Below are positions 53,020-61,621 of a DNA stretch of 64,000 nucleotides, piece by piece. The translations under genes and the position numbers were made by a program. The notes below the pieces were generated by a model. It ran no database searches, had not been told where the DNA came from, and was given only the letters and a program-made list of their open reading frames with translations. Each line of letters starts with the position of its first letter. Positions within the stretch are counted from its first letter, which is position 1. Origin of the DNA: an uncultured bacterium (lineage in GTDB: Bacteria > Patescibacteriota > JABMPQ01 > CAVVCK01); assembly GCA_963746775.1 (NCBI GenBank), contig CAVVCK010000002.1, forward strand, positions 139,571-203,570. The letters are read 5' to 3'.

Positions 53020-53703
53020 ATGAATGATGTTTTTTTAGTTTTCGGGTACGGAGTTCCCAAGAATATCCTGAAAGACGAAAATTATAATTTTTATTTAAAA
53101 ATGGCCTTTAATAAGATTTATAGTTTTGTGGTAAAAAACAAGATTGATAAACCGATAATCATTACTTGTGGTGGCGAAACAGATATGTTGAAACCATACA
53201 AGCGTACTGAAGCCGATGAGATGATAAAATTGTTTGGTGCTTTGATTAAGGAACGACCATTTTTAAAACCAATGACCAAAAATTGGCTTTTTATTCCGGA
53301 AAATAAATCCCTTTCGACTTTGGAAAATTTATTAAACAGTAATGAGATAATTCAGAAACGGAAAATTAAAAATGCCAATTTTTTCATCTTCTGCGAGCAA
53401 ACACGTGAGAAGCGAATTAAGGTTTTGGCTAAAAAAATACTTGATAAAAATTATAATTTTCTAGTGGTGCCAATAGACTTTGATGTGTCAGCAAACAGGT
53501 ACTTACCTGCGGAATATCTGGTCAAAAAAGAAAGTGTCGAACTTAAGCATTCGTTGTGGGCTTTACAGAGTCCCGAAAACTTAAAAAAACATCATAAAGT
53601 TTTTGAGGAGAAGTTTGAATATTTCAGAAAAGTTGGTCATAAAGCACACATCAACGCCGTAAAAGAATGGTGGGATCAAAAACTTAAGGAATTAAAAAAT
53701 TAG
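53020..53703 (+). CDS. Cassette 1: DUF218/ElyC-like protein
   Basis: IITCGG..TEADEM..ENKSLSTLENL. Confidence 0.65.
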   Translation: MNDVFLVFGYGVPKNILKDENYNFYLKMAFNKIYSFVVKNKIDKPIIITCGGETDMLKPYKRTEADEMIKLFGALIKERPFLKPMTKNWLFIPENKSLSTLENLLNSNEIIQKRKIKNANFFIFCEQTREKRIKVLAKKILDKNYNFLVVPIDFDVSANRYLPAEYLVKKESVELKHSLWALQSPENLKKHHKVFEEKFEYFRKVGHKAHINAVKEWWDQKLKELKN

Positions 53704-53712
53704 AACAACATC

Positions 53713-53892
53713 GCACAACACGGCACATGCAGTTCGGAAATTTTGCGCAATTATAATTCAAGGTTTGCAAAATTTCCTCTCCCAAATTGCGCTGACGAAA
53801 TGGCAGGTTTAGTGATATAATCAAGTAAAGTGATATTAACAAATTTAATCAATAATCCACGGCGCAACTTCGCATGTGCCGATACGTTATGT
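53713..53892 (+). other. attC-like site 1 (180 bp)
   Basis: GCACAAC-a-CGGCACATGC ... GCATGTGCCG-atac-GTTATGT. Confidence 0.85.
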
Positions 53893-54002
53893 GAAATAGC
53901 CAGAGATTTCTTTGTTATTTTTTAAATTTTTTGGCAATTTATTTCAACGGTCGACATAACTTACGATATTATATTAATAATTTAATTTTAACTAATATAA
54001 CT

Positions 54003-54392
54003 ATGAAAAATGAAGAAATGGGTATGGGCGTACCTGAACAAAAAACGCCTGAAATGTCTCCCGAAAAACGCGGAGAAAAAGCCAATGATTTAGTTGCAAA
54101 AATGTTAAGCAATGAAGAATGGTTAAAAAATGAAGCTGAAAGAGTCGATGCATTGATAAAAGAAAATCTATCAAAAGAGGCTAAAGGCATGGAGCACGCG
54201 TGGGTAAAATCAACAGATCCAGATTATAAAGAAAAAGTTATAGATAATTGGCTTTATCTTGGTATAGATGGCCTTGAAGAAACGAAGGAAACTTTTGGTC
54301 AAGATAGATTCGAACTTAAATGGGATATATTTAAAGCACTAAAAAGCCAAGGAGCTGCCAAAAAGGTACTAGAGATTATCGAGGGAAAATAA
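54003..54392 (+). CDS. Cassette 2: hypothetical protein
   Basis: ATG at 54003 (MKNEEMG); bounded by cassette inverted repeats. Confidence 0.7.
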   Translation: MKNEEMGMGVPEQKTPEMSPEKRGEKANDLVAKMLSNEEWLKNEAERVDALIKENLSKEAKGMEHAWVKSTDPDYKEKVIDNWLYLGIDGLEETKETFGQDRFELKWDIFKALKSQGAAKKVLEIIEGK

Positions 54393-54440
54393 ATTGCCAA
54401 AAAATTCTTTTTTAAAGGAATAGAAATTTCTGGCTACATT

Positions 54441-54637
54441 ACATAACAGCGTGTATCTGGCTACGGAAAATTGGCGTCAATTAAATCCTATAGGAGTGCC
54501 AATTTTCCTCCGCCCAAATTTTCATCCCTTTATTTGATGAAGGTTTGGGTGGAGTTTAAAATATTAAGCTTATCTGATAATCAAAATAATTCCGCTAAAG
54601 TCGGGATGAAAACTTCAGATACACGCAAACATTATCC
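54441..54637 (+). other. attC-like site 2 (197 bp)
   Basis: ACATAAC-a-GCGTGTATCTG ... CAGATACACGC-aaac-ATTATCC. Confidence 0.85.
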
Positions 54638-54768
54638 AAAATTCCGCTCCGCTCCATTTTGGATAATGGGGCGCGGATGATGGGGGTTAAAGTATATTTA
54701 CCAAATAAAAAATAGTCACTAGTGCTACTCACGGAACATCGGATAACAGCGCATAAACGAAATTGCCT
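54632..54768 (+). repeat. Cassette 3: ORF-less, copy 1
   Basis: Near-identical to 55760-55895. Confidence 0.8.
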
Positions 54769-54823
54769 AATATTCCGCTTCGCTACATATTAGACAACTT
54801 CGTTTATCCGCGCCCCATTGGAC
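54741..54823 (+). other. attC-like site 3 (83 bp)
   Basis: GGATAAC-a-GCGCATAAACGAAATTGCCTAATA..CGCTTCGCT..TATTAGACAACTTCGTTTATCCGC-gcccc-ATTGGAC. Confidence 0.8.
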
Positions 54824-54879
54824 GCAATACATAACTTTACCGATAATATTTAGTTTAATTTTATTAAAAGGACAGAAAA

Positions 54880-55524
54880 ATGAATATTAACCACGCAATT
54901 AAAAAAACAGCAACCTCTTTCTGTATACTTAGTGGTGTCGCAAGTATCATTCATGGTTTTTTTGAAATACTACAGGGAAATGTGCCAGTAAAAATAGGGA
55001 AGATCTTGGCAATAGGTCCAGCGCATCGCTTCTGGGAATTCGGAGGGGAGCCAGCATTAACTATAATCCCAAATTATTTAGTAACTGGAATACTTGCTAT
55101 CATAATAAGCGTATGTTTGTTTGTATGGGCATTTATATTTATTGATAAAAAGCACAACCTTTTATGGATAGTTTTATTGACAATATCAATATTGTTATTC
55201 GGAGGTGGATTAGCACCTCCGACATTTATGATCATTTCCATTGCTGCAATATTGTTTATAAAACGAGACTTAGTATTCCGTAAATCTTCATTTATGGGAA
55301 AAATATTAAATTATTTTTCGTTCCTCTGGCCTGGTATTCTGTATTTTCAATATGTCCTTTTTCTTATAGCAATTATATCAGGTGTTAGTGGATATCCATT
55401 TTTGTGGGTCTTTGATGCAGGGAATTCTATAAAATATTTGCGTATTTATGGGTTGATTGTAACATTTATAATGGGGCCATTAACTATTATTTCTGCAATT
55501 GCAAATGATGCAAAGAAGATTTAA
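54880..55524 (+). CDS. Cassette 4: multi-pass membrane protein
   Basis: HGFFEILQGN..EPALTIIPNYLVTG; about 6 TM. Confidence 0.75.
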   Translation: MNINHAIKKTATSFCILSGVASIIHGFFEILQGNVPVKIGKILAIGPAHRFWEFGGEPALTIIPNYLVTGILAIIISVCLFVWAFIFIDKKHNLLWIVLLTISILLFGGGLAPPTFMIISIAAILFIKRDLVFRKSSFMGKILNYFSFLWPGILYFQYVLFLIAIISGVSGYPFLWVFDAGNSIKYLRIYGLIVTFIMGPLTIISAIANDAKKI

Positions 55525-55630
55525 TTATATTTTACATAAAGGACATGGTTTTAAAGTTTTACCATTGCAAATTTAGCATTGTGCTTACTATAAATCCTAA
55601 TATCTTTTAAATGGTAAAGTTATGTACTTC

Positions 55631-55765
55631 GCACAACAGCCGCTATACGCTCCGCTCCTCGCTCCCGTTGGTCGCTGCGGTGCTCGGGCTTCGCCACATT
55701 TTTTCTGCGCCTGCCTTCGGCTTATTCGGCGCAGAAAAAACGTTGCATAGCGGCGAACGTTATCC
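55631..55765 (+). other. attC-like site 4 (135 bp)
   Basis: GCACAAC-a-GCCGCTATAC ... GCATAGCGGC-gaac-GTTATCC. Confidence 0.85.
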
Positions 55766-55895
55766 AAAATTCCGCTCCGCTCCATTTTGGATAATGGGGC
55801 GCGGATGGTGGGGGTTAAAGTATATTTACCAAATAAAAAAAGTCGGAGAGTTTACTTACGAAACATCGGATAACAACGCATAGACAAAATTGCCT
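55760..55895 (+). repeat. Cassette 5: ORF-less, copy 2, attC truncated
   Basis: GGATAAC at 55868-55874 followed by only the left arm of the attC. Confidence 0.75.
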
Positions 55896-55920
55896 TTCAT
55901 TTTTTAAACCAATCAATATT

Positions 55921-56265
55921 ATGTCCGAAGAACAAAAAGCATTCGAAAACAAAGAATCTACAGAACCAACACCTCGCCCCAATTTATTAGATGTTGTCAA
56001 AATTGATGGACGTTGGGCACAAACAATTCTTGGTGGCGAATGCGTCAGATATCTAGATGATGATAGTAAAGTGTTTATAAATTGGGACGACTTTATATTC
56101 GTCAAAGATTGGAAAACATTACCGGTCTGGAAAGTTAAAGAATCAACAAGTTTTACCAAAAAAGAACTGAGACAAATTCATTGGGGACCAGAGCAAGAAA
56201 AACATCCTTATCTTAGAGAAGCGGTTAGAGTTTTTGGTGAGTTTGAAAAAAGAGATAGAAAATGA
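55921..56265 (+). CDS. Cassette 6: hypothetical protein
   Basis: 114 aa ORF followed by an attC-like site. Confidence 0.7.
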   Translation: MSEEQKAFENKESTEPTPRPNLLDVVKIDGRWAQTILGGECVRYLDDDSKVFINWDDFIFVKDWKTLPVWKVKESTSFTKKELRQIHWGPEQEKHPYLREAVRVFGEFEKRDRK

Positions 56266-56276
56266 AAGAAAGAATC

Positions 56277-56351
56277 GCCTAACACTGAATATCAGCAAAG
56301 GCCGAAACCACATCCGCTAAGACGAACGTCGGATCTTCAGATACGTTAAGT
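56277..56351 (+). other. attC-like site 6 (75 bp)
   Basis: GCCTAAC-a-CTGAATATC ... GATCTTCAG-atac-GTTAAGT. Confidence 0.8.
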
Positions 56352-56402
56352 AAAATAAATAAGAAACATTTTATAAACCATTTATTTATATCAAAAACAA
56401 TT

Positions 56403-57029
56403 ATGCTAAAAGAAATAATAAAACCGACACGCATTAAAATTTTACTTGATTTAGCTATAACCATATTATACCTGGTTATAATTACCAATATTCCAACCTG
56501 GGGTTACGGTCAAATATTCTCCAATCTATCTTTAACTAAATTTATTTTGATTATTGGCTTAAATTTAATCTTAGTTGGCATCGTGTATTATCCATTTGTT
56601 TGCGGTTTAATCGGAATTTATAAATCAATTCATAAACCCTTTAATTACCATCATTTCCTAGTATCAGTTATTATTGTCCTAATTTTAAACCCATTTTCTT
56701 TTTATTTTATTTCAATTTTATTTATAAAAGATAACCAGCCACCAATTGAAAATCAACAAACAAAAACTTGCGGTTTGACTGTCATAAGTTTTGCTGATTT
56801 TTCAAAAGCAGAAAGTTCCGGACTAATGGTTGGCGATATTGTAACCGATGTTGATGGATCAAAAATCAACAGCGTTAATGACCTGATCGAAAATTCACAG
56901 CAGAAACAGCCAGGTGATATGACTAGCCTAGATACAGATCGTGGCATATTCAAAGTAGAGATTGTGCGCGACCCGAATAATAATGGTCCAGTTTTAGGAA
57001 TAAAATTTAAAGAAATAGATTGCCAATAA
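56403..57029 (+). CDS. Cassette 7: membrane protein with C-terminal PDZ domain
   Basis: 3 TM then SKAESSGLMVGDIVTDVDG; residual GCTTAAC at 57035-57041. Confidence 0.75.
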   Translation: MLKEIIKPTRIKILLDLAITILYLVIITNIPTWGYGQIFSNLSLTKFILIIGLNLILVGIVYYPFVCGLIGIYKSIHKPFNYHHFLVSVIIVLILNPFSFYFISILFIKDNQPPIENQQTKTCGLTVISFADFSKAESSGLMVGDIVTDVDGSKINSVNDLIENSQQKQPGDMTSLDTDRGIFKVEIVRDPNNNGPVLGIKFKEIDCQ

Positions 57030-57068
57030 AGATAGCTTAACAATATATAAAAATTTAATAATTCGGAG

Positions 57069-57659
57069 ATGCCTAAAATAAAAGTATTAATTGAGGGTTA
57101 TGTCAAAGAAATTAATCATAATGAATATGCTTCTTCATCAGTTACTCTTATTCACGACCATAATCTTAATATCTTAGTAGATACCGGCCTGAATCGTAAA
57201 TTATTAATTACTTCTCTGAAAAATGAAAATCTTAGTCCCCTAGATATCAATTATGTTGTGCTGACTCATACTCATCTTGATCACTGCCTCCTAGCTGGTA
57301 TTTTTGAAAATGCTCAAATTATAGATAATAGCTCTATCTATTCTTTTGATGGTAAAATCGTAGAACATAAGCATAAAATACCCGGCACTAATATCAAAAT
57401 TATTTCCACTCCCGGCCATGATCAATTTCATTGCTGTGTTTTAGTAGATACCAAAGGATATGGCCAAGTTGCCATTGCTGCTGATTTATTCTGGTGGCCG
57501 GATAATAAAATACAGCATACAGATAAAAAAAGTTTATTAAATCTTAATGATCCATACATAAAAAATAAAATTGCCTTACGCAAAAGCAGGAATAAAATTT
57601 TAAAAATTGCAGACTATATAATCCCTGGCCACGGAAAACCATTTAAAGTAGCAAAATAA
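57069..57659 (+). CDS. Metallo-beta-lactamase-fold protein
   Basis: LVDTG, THTHLDH, TPGH, IIPGHG. Confidence 0.88.
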   Translation: MPKIKVLIEGYVKEINHNEYASSSVTLIHDHNLNILVDTGLNRKLLITSLKNENLSPLDINYVVLTHTHLDHCLLAGIFENAQIIDNSSIYSFDGKIVEHKHKIPGTNIKIISTPGHDQFHCCVLVDTKGYGQVAIAADLFWWPDNKIQHTDKKSLLNLNDPYIKNKIALRKSRNKILKIADYIIPGHGKPFKVAK

Positions 57660-57661
57660 TC

Positions 57662-57907
57662 ATGTATCACCTCTACATCCTCAAATGCTCCGACAACACT
57701 CTCTATACCGGCATCACCACTAATTTATCCAGAAGAATCAAGGAGCATAATTCATCAAAGTTAGGTGCAAAATATACGCGTAATAGGCAACCGGTAAAAT
57801 TAGTTTACTCTGAAAAATTTAATAACCGTTCCCAAGCTTCAAAAGAAGAAATGCGCATAAAAAAATTATCAAGAGAGGAAAAGTTAGATTTGATTTATAA
57901 AAAATAG
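57662..57907 (+). CDS. GIY-YIG nuclease (UPF0213-like)
   Basis: YILKCSDNTLYTGITTNLSRRIKEHN..GAKYTR. Confidence 0.9.
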   Translation: MYHLYILKCSDNTLYTGITTNLSRRIKEHNSSKLGAKYTRNRQPVKLVYSEKFNNRSQASKEEMRIKKLSREEKLDLIYKK

Positions 57908-57948
57908 TATACTTATATTATATTAACAAAAAATAATTAACTAAAAAC

Positions 57949-58203
57949 ATGAATGAACAATTTAGGGAAAATCCTGAAAATGAAAAAGATAAAAGTTATG
58001 AAGCAATAATAACAGCTATGGAAAAACAAAGAATTACACTTGAAAAAATAAATGAAGAACAAAGAAAAGACAATCCTGATACTGAACTTTTAAAAACTCT
58101 TATGGAACAAATGGAAGAAGCAAACAAAGAGGCTGGAATAGCTTGGAGCATTTTTAAAAAATCTATGGAAAATAGCCATGAGCAAGAGGTAGCTGGAGAA
58201 TAA
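57949..58203 (+). CDS. Hypothetical protein
   Basis: 84 aa acidic ORF. Confidence 0.6.
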   Translation: MNEQFRENPENEKDKSYEAIITAMEKQRITLEKINEEQRKDNPDTELLKTLMEQMEEANKEAGIAWSIFKKSMENSHEQEVAGE

Positions 58204-58331
58204 TTATTATAAGTAAATATTTATTTTGCCCATGTTTTAAATATTTTTCATTACTAATATCCTTGAGATCACCCGCGAGATAAAAATTAGAAATATCCTG
58301 AGAATAAATTGTCTGTATAAAAAATAAATTT

Positions 58332-58700
58332 ATGCAAAATAATAAAACAAATGCCACTAGAAATGACTGGCAGAAAATAGTTCCCCTGCCCCCTGAAAAG
58401 GAAAGGCTGGAAATTGAATTAGAATATAATTCCGCTGAAATTGAAAAAATAAAGAAAGGTTTTATTCCCAGGCAAATGGAAGATAAGTGGTTTATATTTT
58501 ACGAAAAAAATATATTATACTTCCACCGAAGTTGGACTGGCTATTGTATATATGAAGTTCATTTTGAGAAATATGACGATCTTTATAAATCAGTAAAAAT
58601 ATATACAAATAGAAATACAGACCAGCATAAAAACACAGATGCAGATTACGATCAGAAGCTATTAGTTTCTTTAGTTGATATATTTTTATTAAAAAGATAA
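58332..58700 (+). CDS. Conserved hypothetical protein
   Basis: GFIPRQMEDKWFIF..FHRSWTG motif. Confidence 0.7.
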   Translation: MQNNKTNATRNDWQKIVPLPPEKERLEIELEYNSAEIEKIKKGFIPRQMEDKWFIFYEKNILYFHRSWTGYCIYEVHFEKYDDLYKSVKIYTNRNTDQHKNTDADYDQKLLVSLVDIFLLKR

Positions 58701-58788
58701 TTTTTCTAATTTATTTTAGCAATTAATTCTCTAATTCAAATAGTCTTAATAAACAAGAAGGCTATTTATATATAATTAAAATTAAAAA

Positions 58789-59418
58789 ATGAAAACAAAA
58801 CTAACGGAAATTGATCTTAAAAAATCATATTCTGATCTTCTGGAATATTTTGCCCGATATGATTTTTATTTTTTTATTTTTACTATTTGTGCCACAACCA
58901 TCTGTTTTATAGGATTTGTCATGGGCAGTTCAGCCATAATTATTGGATCAATGGTGCTATCACCCTTGTTATATCCTGTTATTGCTATTGTGATTTCTCT
59001 TTTCCAAGGTGATTGGAAAGTTTTTATAAAATCATTATTTCTTTTATTGATCGGTTTTGTCTTAGTAATAGCATTATCATCTATATTAGCCATGTTTTTT
59101 AAAATCGACCTTGGGGGGAAAGAGCTAATAGAAAGAATAGAAGCTGATATAATTTTGTATTTTATTGTTGCTTTCGTGTCAGGATTTGCAGGAATGTTTT
59201 GCTTCTTATGGCCAAAAGCATTGGAAGCTATGACTGGTATTGCTATAGCTATTGCTCTGCTACCTCCCCTGGTAATTTTAGGAATATCCTTTTCTAATAA
59301 TCACATTTTCTTTCAACAATCACTGGAAATAGTATTAATAAATAGCGCCGGCATACTGCTGGGAGCAATGTTGGCCTTATTTTTAGTTAAAATAGGTAAG
59401 AGATTAACACAGTCTTAG
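58789..59418 (+). CDS. DUF389-family membrane protein
   Basis: SSAIIIGSMVLSPL, GIAIAIALLPPL. Confidence 0.82.
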   Translation: MKTKLTEIDLKKSYSDLLEYFARYDFYFFIFTICATTICFIGFVMGSSAIIIGSMVLSPLLYPVIAIVISLFQGDWKVFIKSLFLLLIGFVLVIALSSILAMFFKIDLGGKELIERIEADIILYFIVAFVSGFAGMFCFLWPKALEAMTGIAIAIALLPPLVILGISFSNNHIFFQQSLEIVLINSAGILLGAMLALFLVKIGKRLTQS

Positions 59419-59508
59419 TCTAATTATTCGCAGAAAATAAAACATGGCCTTAGTAAAACAATAATTTTACTTAAACGAAGGTTAAAAACTTAATTAATCA
59501 GATCCCTT

Positions 59509-59748
59509 ATGTCCCAAATCCCCAAATGCATGAGCACTCAACATCCTGATAATGTTAATTCTCCTTTCTTTGCTGAAAGCACAGAGCTAGATAGCGAAGA
59601 TGAAATACAAGAAGCTTATGATTATAAAACCAACAAAAAGCACAAAGAAATAACTGATAATATTTTAGAAAAACTTAAAAAATGCAATGACGATAATTTA
59701 AGCGAAAGTATTTTGCGAGCTGCTCATGTAAGAAAATTTTTGGGATAA
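59509..59748 (+). pseudogene. ppcA: Archaeal-type PEP carboxylase remnant (N- and C-termini fused in frame)
   Basis: [20 protein letters not shown] joined directly to ..[12 protein letters not shown]. Confidence 0.75.
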
Positions 59749-59774
59749 ATTTATTCATAAATAATTAAAACAAA

Positions 59775-60677
59775 ATGCATATCCCCAGCCACATGGTCCA
59801 AGGACCAATTTGCCCGATCACTGCCGCTGTTAGCGTAGCCGGAATTTCTCTCGCCGCTTATTTAGTAATAAAATCAAAGAATAAGCCGAGAGCTTTATAT
59901 ATCGCCGCCGTAGCTGCTTTTATTTTTGCTAGTCAAATGATTAATTTTCCAGTGCAAAATGGAACATCGGGTCACTTACTTGGAGCAACCCTAGCCACAG
60001 CCTTGCTTGGCATGCCTTTAGGTATTTTAGTTATGAGTATCGTTTTAACTATCCAATGCTTAATTTTCGCTGATGGCGGACTCTCAGTTTTGGGTGCTAA
60101 TATTTTAAATATGGCTATTATTGGATCACTGGCCGGAGGATTTATTAATCAATATTTTTTAAAAACAAAAATATCTATCTTAAAAAAATACTCTTACTTA
60201 GGTCTGGCTTCTTGGATATCCGTTGTCATGGTAACTCTCGCCTGCAGCCTAGAATTAACTTTTTCTAAAACAATAGAATTATCTAAAGTTTTACCAGCTA
60301 TGCTTAGCGTTCATGCTCTAATAGGAATTGGCGAAGCCTTAATTACAGTGGGAGCTTTTTATTTATTTTCTTCTAAAGTATTAATAAAATCTAAAAAGTT
60401 TTCTTTTGGTTTACCGTTAATCACAGCTGCTATAATCGGATTAATGTTAAGCCCTTTTGCTTCTTCTTATCCCGATGGCTTAGAATGGGCAGCAGAAAAA
60501 TATGAATTTCTACATGAAGCAGCGCCAGCCTTTGTTACTCCCCTGCCTGATTACACTATTCCTGCAATTAATAATGAAATAATATCAAGTGGATTAGCTG
60601 GGCTGTTAGGAGTTGTGATAACTTTTTTATTGGTTTTAGGTACAACAAAATTAATTACTCAATTTCAAAATAAATGA
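59775..60677 (+). CDS. cbiM: Co/Ni ECF transporter S component fused to PDGLE domain
   Basis: MHIP, QMINFP..GTSGHLLG, ADGG, HALIGIGEA, PDGLE. Confidence 0.88.
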   Translation: MHIPSHMVQGPICPITAAVSVAGISLAAYLVIKSKNKPRALYIAAVAAFIFASQMINFPVQNGTSGHLLGATLATALLGMPLGILVMSIVLTIQCLIFADGGLSVLGANILNMAIIGSLAGGFINQYFLKTKISILKKYSYLGLASWISVVMVTLACSLELTFSKTIELSKVLPAMLSVHALIGIGEALITVGAFYLFSSKVLIKSKKFSFGLPLITAAIIGLMLSPFASSYPDGLEWAAEKYEFLHEAAPAFVTPLPDYTIPAINNEIISSGLAGLLGVVITFLLVLGTTKLITQFQNK

Positions 60678-61210
60678 AAATAACCTTCGAAAAAAACATA
60701 AAAGAAAACCAAGTAAAAAATATTGCTGAAAAAATGTTAATTGCAGCTCGTACTGCTCCTAAAGCCCACGGCATTGATAATTTGGAAATTGCCTTATTAG
60801 AAAAAGAAGGAATAAAAGAAGTCTCGAATAAATTGATAGAAATGGCTGAAAAAGAAAATGCTCCGGAATTCTTTAAGCGCGATGCTCAAAATATTCTTCA
60901 AGCAGAATGTCTTGTTTTAATTGGTACAAAAATATGCCCTATGGGGCTTGATTGCAAATTATGCGGATTTAAGAGCTGCAGAGAAAAAAAAGAAAATCCC
61001 AGTCATCCTTGTATTTTCAATACTGGAGATCTAGGTATAGCTATCGGTTCTATGGTAAGTAAGGCTTCCGATAACCGAATTGATAATAGAATTATGTATT
61101 CTGTAGGACAAACAGCAGTAAAAATGAAATTATTAGGAGAAGATATAAAAATTGCTTACGGCATTCCTCTATCAGCTAAAGCTAAAAATCCATTTTTTGA
61201 TAGAAAATAA
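60674..61210 (+). CDS. DUF2148 ferredoxin-like protein
   Basis: AARTAPKAHG, DCKLCGFKSC, DLGIAIGS, DNRIMYS, KNPFFDR. Confidence 0.82.
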   Translation: MKITFEKNIKENQVKNIAEKMLIAARTAPKAHGIDNLEIALLEKEGIKEVSNKLIEMAEKENAPEFFKRDAQNILQAECLVLIGTKICPMGLDCKLCGFKSCREKKENPSHPCIFNTGDLGIAIGSMVSKASDNRIDNRIMYSVGQTAVKMKLLGEDIKIAYGIPLSAKAKNPFFDRK

Positions 61211-61219
61211 TTTAAATAT

Positions 61220-61615
61220 ATGAATATTCTCCATATTCTATTTTCCGGCTTTATTGTTTCTATTGCTTGGTTTTTGATAGGATCTGTTTTATATGTTAAT
61301 CCTACCGTTGGAAAAATTTACAAAAGATTAGAAAACGATCCAGGCATGAAGAAGTGGAAAAGCAAAACAAAATACATAACTTATATGTACCTTTTAGGAA
61401 CACTAGCCCCTTGTCTAATTATGGCTATTTTCTACGAATTCATTGCCCCTATTAACCCTCTGCAATTCGGACTAATATTAATCGGCATTAGAATTATTCC
61501 TCGTTTCTTCGATATGTGGATTCAATCTTCCTATCCTAACAAGCTTCTATATGTTGAAATTATTAATGGAACTATTTTAAGCTTTATGGCAGCTTTGGTT
61601 TTAAATTATACTTAA
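61220..61615 (+). CDS. Small membrane protein
   Basis: 4 hydrophobic segments. Confidence 0.65.
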   Translation: MNILHILFSGFIVSIAWFLIGSVLYVNPTVGKIYKRLENDPGMKKWKSKTKYITYMYLLGTLAPCLIMAIFYEFIAPINPLQFGLILIGIRIIPRFFDMWIQSSYPNKLLYVEIINGTILSFMAALVLNYT

Positions 61616-61621
61616 AAAATT

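Larger units (their letters stand above)
52056..57041. mobile_element. Integron-like locus: integrase, attI and about 7 cassettes
   Basis: Divergent integrase, five complete attC-like sites and two truncated ones, all cassette genes on the + strand. Confidence 0.85.

Noticed and set aside
54471-55883. ORFs 54471-54680, 55597-55785 and 55611-55883
   Set aside because: They run through attC-like hairpins and the duplicated ORF-less cassette; their shared peptide just reflects the DNA repeat.
53700-56351. CRISPR array or IS/MITE interpretation of the repeats
   Set aside because: Repeats are not identical or evenly spaced, they flank whole genes, and there are no cas or transposase genes; the AAC/GTT cores fit attC-like sites.
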